Shown piece after piece: positions 1-7,644 of a DNA stretch of 29,105 nucleotides. The stretch comes from Bifidobacterium breve (GTDB lineage: Bacteria > Bacteroidota > Bacteroidia > Cytophagales > UBA9547). The stretch covers positions 1-29,105 of the forward strand of contig CALPQG020000001.1 of NCBI GenBank assembly GCA_943325655.2, given 5' to 3'. A program made the translations under genes and the position numbers. Numbering within the stretch: position 1 is the first letter of the stretch; every line of letters starts with the position of its first letter. The notes beneath the pieces were generated by a model. That model had not been told where the DNA came from, ran no database searches, and saw only the letters and a program-made list of their open reading frames with translations.

Positions 1-7
1 CAAACAA

Positions 8-44
8 TCCCGATATTCTCGGGACTCCCGCTAACGCAAAGCGG
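8..44. repeat. REP-like twin-hairpin element, copy 1
   Basis: TCCCGA-TATTC-TCGGGA hairpin (8-24) followed by CCGCT-AACGCAA-AGCGG hairpin (28-44); the 17-mer recurs exactly at 17904-17920. Confidence 0.55.
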
Positions 45-302
45 ATGTACTCAATCTTTTTGTGTTTTTTTAATGAAATATTTGTCAAAATGTATTAGAC
101 TATTTAATAGATGTGTTTGGTATAACTCTAATGATTAGTTTGTTCAATAACCAATGTTCTAAAAGTTTAGAGGTATGATATTTACCCATACAAAATCATT
201 TTGAGCCAAAATCATTCCCATTACTCAATCCATCAATTTAATATTTCAAAAATATTGTTTTTAATTTCATTAGCTTTCGTTTTTATGTATAAATAAAATA
301 CG

Positions 303-310
303 TAAATTTG
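303..310 (+). promoter_or_regulatory. Putative Bacteroidota sigma70 -7 element (TAAATTTG)
   Basis: Matches TAnnTTTG about 80 nt upstream of the ATG at 390; no clean -33 TTTG. Confidence 0.35.
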
Positions 311-389
311 TTTGCTTATAAAAGCTATATTATTCTTACGAATAGCAATAAAAATATATTTTAACACAATCAATTAATTTCATAAAGTT

Positions 390-1757
390 ATGAAAAGTGC
401 AATACTATTCCGTAGAATACTGATTTTTTTTGTTTTTGCTTTATTGTCCAATGCATTGCTAGCGGCAAATACCTACCGAAAATCATTGTGGGTATGGAAC
501 ACGGTTGATATTGTTGGTATTACAAGCGAAGAAAATCGGTTAATCAATGAATGCATTTCAAGTGCAATTACCGATATTTATTTATTTATTCAGTACAATG
601 ATGAATTGGTTACCAGCAAATTACCTTATCAGAAATTTATAGAAAAATGTTACTGCAACAACATCAGAATCTGGGGGATGAACGGCTATAGAAGTTATTT
701 TTCAGACCAATGTGGTCCTTCCTATTATTTTTCCATTATCAGTTCAATGGTTACTTACAATTCAAACAGCACATCCAAACAACGCTTTGTAGGCTTTTCG
801 GGTGACAATGAATTCAATCAGGTAGACACCTGGGATTGTACCATACAAGCCAAAGTAAATGTATTTCATTCAGGATTAACAGATGCTGCACTAAGTACCA
901 CTGCCGGAACTGGTTTTTGGAAATCAACCCAAAAACAAGATAGAGATAGTTTATTGACCGACTGGGTAAGACAAACTGATTTGGCAGCCAAAATTTGTCA
1001 TCAAGCCGGATTGGAATATGGCGTTGCCTCTATGAACTGGATTACGGGTAAAAGCTTTACCAATGCTGCCATGGGAAACCAAACCACACCATTGTACGCC
1101 AAATACAAAGGTGTTACCAAAGAATTGTACAAACATATCATTGATTATGTGGATGAATACATCATCATGTCGTACCACTCCAACGTGGTCAGCAAAGTGG
1201 TTCCGATGTGTAAAGATGTATTGGATTATACCAACACACTCCATGCTGCCACAAGACCAAGAGTGATGTCAGCCGTAGAAACGCATTGCGGCGTTGGAGC
1301 GTATGTATCTTACTGTGACACACAAAACAGCACCTCTAAAAATGATGTTGCTTATGGAATTAGTCAGCATTTCTCCTATTTAGGTACAAACAACGCTTCC
1401 TATAGCGGAGTTGCCATTCACGATTGGAAGGGAGGGTACCAAATTTTAGCCCCCGCTTCAGCAAATACCAATGCACCGGGATGTGTTTTAGGAATTGAAA
1501 ACAACGAAACCTCAACCATTGATTATTTAGCACCCAACCCAACAAACGATAAAATTGTACTCCAACTGAACAATACTTTTGGTGAGGTAATAGTAACTGT
1601 TTCAGGAATAGATGGGGAAAAACTTTTGACAATCAATAGTTTTTCAGATGGAAATTTAAACCAGGAAATAGACCTTAAGACATTAAATCCAGGGATTTAT
1701 ATGCTCAAAACAACGAGTAATTTACAAGAAAATACATTCAAGATTATTAAACTATAA
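390..1757 (+). CDS. T9SS type A sorted protein with an uncharacterised GH18-like (beta/alpha)8 domain
   Basis: SPI signal peptide; strand motifs SLWVW, ITDIYL, IRIWGMNG, FVGFSGDNEF (DxE), DEYIIMSY, AVET, GVAIHDW; C-terminal LAPNPTNDKI...LNPGIYMLK...FKIIKL is a type A CTD. Confidence 0.8.
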   Translation: MKSAILFRRILIFFVFALLSNALLAANTYRKSLWVWNTVDIVGITSEENRLINECISSAITDIYLFIQYNDELVTSKLPYQKFIEKCYCNNIRIWGMNGYRSYFSDQCGPSYYFSIISSMVTYNSNSTSKQRFVGFSGDNEFNQVDTWDCTIQAKVNVFHSGLTDAALSTTAGTGFWKSTQKQDRDSLLTDWVRQTDLAAKICHQAGLEYGVASMNWITGKSFTNAAMGNQTTPLYAKYKGVTKELYKHIIDYVDEYIIMSYHSNVVSKVVPMCKDVLDYTNTLHAATRPRVMSAVETHCGVGAYVSYCDTQNSTSKNDVAYGISQHFSYLGTNNASYSGVAIHDWKGGYQILAPASANTNAPGCVLGIENNETSTIDYLAPNPTNDKIVLQLNNTFGEVIVTVSGIDGEKLLTINSFSDGNLNQEIDLKTLNPGIYMLKTTSNLQENTFKIIKL

Positions 1758-1760
1758 GTT

Positions 1761-3281
1761 ATGTCTATTTATACGAAATACAGATTTTACATTGGAATTT
1801 GTTGCCTATTAATCCTACTGGCATTAAAATTAAAAGGGCAAACACAAACTGTCCCTGCATTGACTTCATGGAAAGCAACCAAAGGGGAGTTGGTAGTAAA
1901 GTCGGACGTCATCATTTCTGTTTCAAAAAATGATTTCAAAACTGCCCAGGTTGAAATAGAAAATTTTGTAAAGGACCTTAAAAACAACACGAAACTTAGT
2001 CCTAAAATAATCACTTCTTCCACAACCAATCCGGGGGAAATACATTTTGAAATTATTGATGATCCAAAAATTTTGAATAAGGAAGGCTATATGTTGGAAA
2101 TCAATAAAAATGTGATGGTCAAAGCCAAAACGGCGACAGGTATTTTTTATGCTACCCAAACATTAGTACAAATATTAAAACAAACCCAAAACACATTTAC
2201 CACAGGCGCTACTTACGACGGTCCAAAATTTGAATCCAGGGGAATCATGATGGATGTGGGTCGCAAGTATTTTCAAATGGATTACTTAAAAAAAGTCATC
2301 AGGCAATTGGGATGGTATAAAATGAATACACTCCATTTGCATTTTACAGAATGGTCCGCTTTTAGGTTGAAAAGTGACAAATATCCTGGACTTGCTGCTA
2401 AAGAGGCTTACAGTTATGACGATGTACAAGAGCTGCAAAAATTTGCCAAACAATACCATGTCATGATTGTTCCTGAGATTGACTTTCCAGCACATTCCAC
2501 GGCAATTAATGACTACAAACCTGACCTGGCATTTAAATGCGAATCCATGAGAAGAGCAAAATGGCAGGGAGATGCTGTAAACAATTCGGGAAGGGCTTGG
2601 ACGATGGATGTTACCAAACCAGAAGTGAGAGAATTTGTAAAAGGGATGATAGATGAGTTTGTTCCCTGGTTTGATGCACCTTATTTCCACATGGGCGGGG
2701 ACGAATACCAATATGATCCTGAAAAAATCAAATGCCCAGAGTTAATGGAAGCCATGAAAAAGAAAGGCTATCCTTATCCAGGTGACATGTTTGTGGATTT
2801 TATCAATGATATCAATGTGCATATCAAATCAAAAGGCAAAACAACTCAAATTTGGAATTGGTGGAGGTTTAACAAAGACCAAACGAGCATACAACCTTCA
2901 ACCGATATTGTCGTTAATATTTGGAATAAACCAATGATTAACAATATTTTAAATGATGGTTATAAGGCAATAATTACCCCCGAAGAAGAGTTTTATGTGA
3001 CGCCTGGATTGGTAGATACTTCAGGATATGGTGTGGTGAAATGTAAAGTGGTTTACGAAACCTGGGAACCAGAAGTAAAACCCAACATTATGGGCTACAA
3101 AATTTGTATTTGGGCCGATAAAGCAGAAAAACAAGAAGATGCCTGGTTTGAAGGACATTCGTATCATCCCAAAGTTGTTTTGGCTGAAAAAACCTGGGCC
3201 GGAAAAGGCTCCAATACATTAGATGATTTTTTAAAAAGAGTGGCATTGGTTGGGGAAATTCCAGTCATTGAAAACAAATAA
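1761..3281 (+). CDS. Glycoside hydrolase family 20 (beta-N-acetylhexosaminidase-like)
   Basis: Signal peptide; GH20 domain 2 (EGYMLEI); RGIMMDVGRKYF, HLHFTE, IVPEIDFPAH, catalytic HMGGDEY; no CTD. Confidence 0.92.
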   Translation: MSIYTKYRFYIGICCLLILLALKLKGQTQTVPALTSWKATKGELVVKSDVIISVSKNDFKTAQVEIENFVKDLKNNTKLSPKIITSSTTNPGEIHFEIIDDPKILNKEGYMLEINKNVMVKAKTATGIFYATQTLVQILKQTQNTFTTGATYDGPKFESRGIMMDVGRKYFQMDYLKKVIRQLGWYKMNTLHLHFTEWSAFRLKSDKYPGLAAKEAYSYDDVQELQKFAKQYHVMIVPEIDFPAHSTAINDYKPDLAFKCESMRRAKWQGDAVNNSGRAWTMDVTKPEVREFVKGMIDEFVPWFDAPYFHMGGDEYQYDPEKIKCPELMEAMKKKGYPYPGDMFVDFINDINVHIKSKGKTTQIWNWWRFNKDQTSIQPSTDIVVNIWNKPMINNILNDGYKAIITPEEEFYVTPGLVDTSGYGVVKCKVVYETWEPEVKPNIMGYKICIWADKAEKQEDAWFEGHSYHPKVVLAEKTWAGKGSNTLDDFLKRVALVGEIPVIENK

Positions 3282-3304
3282 CTGAATGCATAAAATATAA
3301 GGTC

Positions 3305-3520
3305 ATGGAAACTACAAAAAAATTAAACGTATTTATTCTGGAGGACGATTTTATGGAAAGGGATAAAATAACCCAAACACTAGAAGAAGAAAGAGCTGAC
3401 TATACAGTAAGATTTTTTTCAAAATCTGAATCCATATTTGATTTGCTGAATTTTTATCCGGATATAATCATCGCTGATTTTCAGACGAAAAGTGTTATCA
3501 ATTGGAAAGATTGGTTTTGA
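3305..3520 (+). CDS. Truncated stand-alone response-regulator receiver-like protein (71 aa)
   Basis: VFILEDD (acidic pocket) and PDIIIAD (phospho-acceptor strand) are present; the ORF ends before the T/S and K elements. Confidence 0.65.
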   Translation: METTKKLNVFILEDDFMERDKITQTLEEERADYTVRFFSKSESIFDLLNFYPDIIIADFQTKSVINWKDWF

Positions 3521-3573
3521 GTTGAATTGGGGTATTTTTTTATTCAACACCAATGCCAAACTTCAAACAAAAC

Positions 3574-3612
3574 AAAACCCCAAATTTCCATTAAATGGAC
3601 CTTTGGGGTTTT
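3574..3612. terminator. Bidirectional intrinsic terminator between convergent genes
   Basis: AAAACCCCAAA / TTTGGGGTTTT stem with inner TCCAT/ATGGA stem, flanked by A- and T-tracts. Confidence 0.8.
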
Positions 3613-3641
3613 TGTTTGTACCTTGTACCTAATACTTATGA

Positions 3642-5126
3642 TTACACTCCTAAGCTGATAGATTTCATAGAAGTCATCGCTTCACGCAATTCAGCACCAA
3701 CCAATTCAATTGGGTGAAAACGTAAAATTTCATTGATGGTAAACAATGTTTTGTTGTCAACACCATTGTCAATACCGTCATTGTAGTTTTTACCAATAAT
3801 GTTGGTTTCTACATTTTTGAAGAAATCAGTCAACAATGGTTTACAAGCATGGTCGAATAAATAACAACCGTATTCAGCAGTATCAGAAATTACACGGTTC
3901 ATTTCGAACAATTTTTTACGTGCAATGGTATTTGCAATCAAAGGCGTTTCGTGTAATGATTCATAGTAAGCAGATTCTTCGATAATTCCAGATTCTGTCA
4001 TGGTTTCAAAAGCCAATTCAACACCAGCCCTTACCATAGCAACCATCAACAAACCATTGTCATAAAATTCTTGCTCAGAGATTTTAACATCACCGGCAGG
4101 CGTTTTTTCAAAATTAGTTTCACCAGTTGCCGCTCTCCAAGTCAACAAGTTTTTGTCGCCAGCAGCCCAGTCTTCCATCATGATACGAGAAAATTCTCCG
4201 CTGATGATGTCATCTTGGTGTTTGCGAAACAATGGGCGCATAATTTCTTTCAATTCTTCAGAAATTTGGAATGCTTTAATTTTCGCAGGGTTTGAAAGCC
4301 TGTCAAACATACCGCTTACACCACCATGTTTCAATGATTCAGTGATTGCTTCCCAACCGTATTGTATTAATTTTGAAGCATACCCTTTATCGATTCCTTT
4401 TTCAACCATTTTGTCGAAACAAAGAATAGAACCCGTTTGTAACAAACCACAAAGAATAGTTTGCTCACCCATTAAATCAGATTTTACTTCCGCAACGAAA
4501 GATGATTTTAAAACACCTGCTCTATCACCACCAGTGGCAACAGCATACGCTTTTGCATACGCCCAACCTTTACCTTCTGGATCATTTTCTGGATGTACAG
4601 CAATCAAAGTTGGCACACCAAAACCCCTAACATATTCAGCCCTAACTTCAGATCCTGGACATTTTGGAGCGACCATAATCACAGTAATGTCTTTACGGAT
4701 TTGCATTCCTTCTTCTACGATATTGAAACCATGAGAATAAGAAAGCGTTGCTCCATTTTTCATCAATGGCATAATTGCAGAAACTACCGGAGTATGTTGT
4801 TTGTCAGGAGTTAAGTTGATTACCAAATCAGCCGTTGGAATCAATTGCTCATAAGTACCTACTTTAAAACCATTTTCAGTTGCACCAATATAAGAAGCTC
4901 TTTTAGCATCAATCGCTTCCTGACGTAAGGTATAAGAAATATCAAGTCCTGAATCTCTCATGTTCAATCCTTGGTTTAGGCCTTGTGCACCACAACCAAC
5001 GATAACAATTTTTTTACCTTCCAATGCAGCAACACCTTCAGTAAATTCTGAACTGTCCATAAATTCACATTGTCCCAGTTGTTCTAATTTTTCTCTTAAA
5101 GAAAGCGTGTTAAAATAATTAGCCAT
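3642..5126 (-). CDS. ilvC: Ketol-acid reductoisomerase, long (class II) form
   Basis: [40 protein letters not shown] motifs. Strand checked: 5124-5126 reads CAT and 3642-3644 reads TTA, so the gene is on the minus strand and the track's '+' is wrong. Confidence 0.98.
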   Translation of the reverse strand: MANYFNTLSLREKLEQLGQCEFMDSSEFTEGVAALEGKKIVIVGCGAQGLNQGLNMRDSGLDISYTLRQEAIDAKRASYIGATENGFKVGTYEQLIPTADLVINLTPDKQHTPVVSAIMPLMKNGATLSYSHGFNIVEEGMQIRKDITVIMVAPKCPGSEVRAEYVRGFGVPTLIAVHPENDPEGKGWAYAKAYAVATGGDRAGVLKSSFVAEVKSDLMGEQTILCGLLQTGSILCFDKMVEKGIDKGYASKLIQYGWEAITESLKHGGVSGMFDRLSNPAKIKAFQISEELKEIMRPLFRKHQDDIISGEFSRIMMEDWAAGDKNLLTWRAATGETNFEKTPAGDVKISEQEFYDNGLLMVAMVRAGVELAFETMTESGIIEESAYYESLHETPLIANTIARKKLFEMNRVISDTAEYGCYLFDHACKPLLTDFFKNVETNIIGKNYNDGIDNGVDNKTLFTINEILRFHPIELVGAELREAMTSMKSISLGV

Positions 5127-5441
5127 TTATTTAATTAAGTTTAATTGATGAAGCATTAAAACTACTTTGTAATTACCCGTAGGGAATGAAAACAAAATAA
5201 TACAATACAAAAGTGTTAAAAATTATGCGAACATCGAGGTGATTTTAATGTTTATTTAGGTACTTATAATGGATATATTTATGTGTCGATTACAATAATA
5301 TAATTAATGTACTGATTTATTGCGTATTTACAAAAAAACTTATCATGTAATATTTTTTCTTTTATTGAATCATTACCCTTCATGCAGCTTTATTGTTGCT
5401 GGATATTATTCAATTTCAAAAATGATGTGCTAAGATTTGTC

Positions 5442-5472
5442 TTGATTATATCCCAAAAAGACTTTAGTTTTG
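5442..5472 (+). promoter_or_regulatory. Putative Bacteroidota promoter for the LRR gene
   Basis: TTG (5442-44) - N20 - TAGTTTTG (5465-72); ATG at 5513. Confidence 0.5.
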
Positions 5473-5512
5473 AGAAAAAAATCACCTTAACCTGTTGAGA
5501 ACTACGCTTAAA

Positions 5513-6382
5513 ATGAAAAAAACAATCCCATTAATCATACTGTTTTTAATTGGTCTTTCTGAAGTAATGGTAGCACAAGTTGTTCATTTTTCGGACACAA
5601 AATTCAAGTCTTTACTGGTTGAAAATGAAGAAATTAACACCAACAAAGACAAAGACATTCAAACATCTGAAGCAATTGCATTTAGAGGAAACATCAAAAT
5701 TGGATTTGAAGGGTTAACTTCCCTAGATGGCATTGAAGCCTTTGTAAACCTGAAAGGCTTGTGGTGCAATTCCAACAAACTTACTGTTTTAGACATCTCC
5801 AAAAATACCAGGCTCACACAACTTTGGTGTTGGGGAAACAGCATTACACATCTTGACCTGACCAAAAATATTACCTTGACCACTTTGGTATGTTATTCCA
5901 ACAAACTTGCCAGTTTAGACATCTCCAAAAACAAAGTTTTAACCATTGTGCAATGTGGTCAAAACCCTATTAAACACCTCAATACCCATCATAATGAAGA
6001 ATTAAAAGAGCTGTATTGTGACAACAACCAACTCATTAAATTAGATGTCAGTAAAAATATTTACCTGGTAAAATTGTTTTGTTTTGGAAATAAACTCACC
6101 CACCTTGACGTTTCTAAAAACTGGGGATTAACGTCTCTAAATTTTGTTAAAAATGACATCACTTCATTGGACATCAGTAAAAACATCCAACTGTCAGAAC
6201 TCAATTGTTCGCAAACACAATTGTCGACCTTAAATATTTCAAAAAATACCAACTTGAAAATGTTGACTGCCGAAGGATGTGTAAATTTGAAAAGTATTTG
6301 TGTGGCTGATATTGCATTGGCTTCAAATCAAAAAGCATTTAGAAAAGAGCAACAAGTGGCATGGGTCAATAAATGTAAATAG
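5513..6382 (+). CDS. Secreted leucine-rich repeat protein (about nine 21-aa LxxxxNxxLxxLxCxxNxL repeats)
   Basis: Signal peptide MKKTIPLIILFLIGLSEVMVA; N-cap FSDTKFKSLL..NTNKDKDIQTSEA..LDGIEAFVNL; LDISKN repeats. ATG at 5513 preferred over the track's TTG at 5495. Confidence 0.9.
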   Translation: MKKTIPLIILFLIGLSEVMVAQVVHFSDTKFKSLLVENEEINTNKDKDIQTSEAIAFRGNIKIGFEGLTSLDGIEAFVNLKGLWCNSNKLTVLDISKNTRLTQLWCWGNSITHLDLTKNITLTTLVCYSNKLASLDISKNKVLTIVQCGQNPIKHLNTHHNEELKELYCDNNQLIKLDVSKNIYLVKLFCFGNKLTHLDVSKNWGLTSLNFVKNDITSLDISKNIQLSELNCSQTQLSTLNISKNTNLKMLTAEGCVNLKSICVADIALASNQKAFRKEQQVAWVNKCK

Positions 6383-6576
6383 CCATTTATTCCCCACGAA
6401 CACTTATTTTATAAAGTTTAAAATTTAATTTCTTAGATTCAAGTTGTAAATGCAACTTCTGGGCGTTTAAAGTAATACTGAAATTTCAAAAAAAATATTT
6501 AAACAAAATTGAATAATTCAAATTACTTTATTCAAATGGAATGTATATAGGAATCCAACCCCATCTAAAATAGCAA

Positions 6577-7560
6577 ATGCGTATGACAATAAACAAAACA
6601 CTCCGATTATTACTATTATTTTTTATGCTATATACCGGTTTTGAGAATGTTCAGGCACAACAACAAGGTCAGTTTAGTCAGTACATGCTCAATTATTACA
6701 TGGTTAATCCTGCTGTGAGTGGTACAGAAGATTTTGTGGATATAAAAGCAGGCTACAGACAACAATGGGCAGGAATTGATGGGGCTCCCAAAAATTATTA
6801 TGTATCGGCACATACTCCTTTGGGAAAACTACACGGTTCTCACCATGGCAAAAGAGCAAACAAACAAATGCTTGAACACCATTCCATTGGAGGTTTATTT
6901 AATGGTCAAACCACAGGGCAACTCAGTCGTACTTCAGGATATGCCTCTTATGCGTACCATTTACCATTGGATTCCAAACATTTTTTAGCACTAGGAATTA
7001 TGGCTGGGGCAGTGCAATATAGTTTAACACCTACTTTCGGAGCCGCACAAAAAGTAGATGATGATGCAATCAACACAGCAAACTTCAGTAGTATAGTACC
7101 TGATGGAAGCATTGGATTATGGTTTTATTCTGATGACTATTTCACGGGCTTATCAACCACACAATTGTTTGATAATAGGATAAATGTGGATGCTTCTGAC
7201 AATTTAAATGCTACATTAAACCGTCATTACTATTTTGCAGGTGGATATGGAATTAAGGTAAACAGGGAAACAAAAATTATTCCTTCCACTTTGATCAAAT
7301 ATTCCAACAATGTATTGCAAATGGACCTTAATTGCAAAGTAAAATACCTGGGCAAATTATGGGCTGGTGCAAGTTATAGAAATAAAGATGCCATCGTTTT
7401 TTTAGCAGGTTGTTTGATTGCCAAACAAGTGGAAGTAGGTGTTTCTTATGATGTTACCACTTCCAATTTAAAAAGTTATTCAGGTGGAACGTATGAATTT
7501 GTATTGGGGTACAGGTTAAGCCAAAACGCCGGAATTATTAGCCCTTCAGATTTCTGGTAG
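6577..7560 (+). CDS. PorP/SprF family type IX secretion outer-membrane protein
   Basis: QFSQYMLNYYMVNPAVSG, YRQQWAGIDGAP, WAGASYR, GVSYD, GTYEFVLGY. Confidence 0.93.
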   Translation: MRMTINKTLRLLLLFFMLYTGFENVQAQQQGQFSQYMLNYYMVNPAVSGTEDFVDIKAGYRQQWAGIDGAPKNYYVSAHTPLGKLHGSHHGKRANKQMLEHHSIGGLFNGQTTGQLSRTSGYASYAYHLPLDSKHFLALGIMAGAVQYSLTPTFGAAQKVDDDAINTANFSSIVPDGSIGLWFYSDDYFTGLSTTQLFDNRINVDASDNLNATLNRHYYFAGGYGIKVNRETKIIPSTLIKYSNNVLQMDLNCKVKYLGKLWAGASYRNKDAIVFLAGCLIAKQVEVGVSYDVTTSNLKSYSGGTYEFVLGYRLSQNAGIISPSDFW

Positions 7561-7592
7561 ATTTTCCCTAGTTAAAACATTTGAATTCTAAA

Positions 7593-7624
7593 AAACAAAA
7601 AGCCCATTATTGGGCTTTTTGTTT
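7593..7624. terminator. Bidirectional intrinsic terminator
   Basis: Perfect 14-bp stem AAACAAAAAGCCCA-TTAT-TGGGCTTTTTGTTT between convergent genes. Confidence 0.88.
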
Positions 7625-7644
7625 ATAAATACATTCAGGAAAGC

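Noticed and set aside
191-216. Direct repeat CAAAATCATT x2 (16-nt period) upstream of the first gene
   Set aside because: Short, AT-rich and not in helical phase; plausible by chance
3642-5126. ORF track label '+' for the 494-aa ilvC ORF
   Set aside because: The protein is encoded by the reverse complement (CAT at 5124-5126, TTA at 3642-3644), so the label is an error
5127-5320. Possible Ile/Leu/Val leader peptide or divergent ilvY upstream of the stand-alone ilvC
   Set aside because: No ATG-started branched-chain-rich ORF or attenuator on the minus strand (only MFA*); the divergent gene is an LRR protein
6441-6458. AAGTTG-TAAATG-CAACTT hairpin between the LRR and porP genes
   Set aside because: Weak stem with no U-tract; cannot be called a terminator or operator
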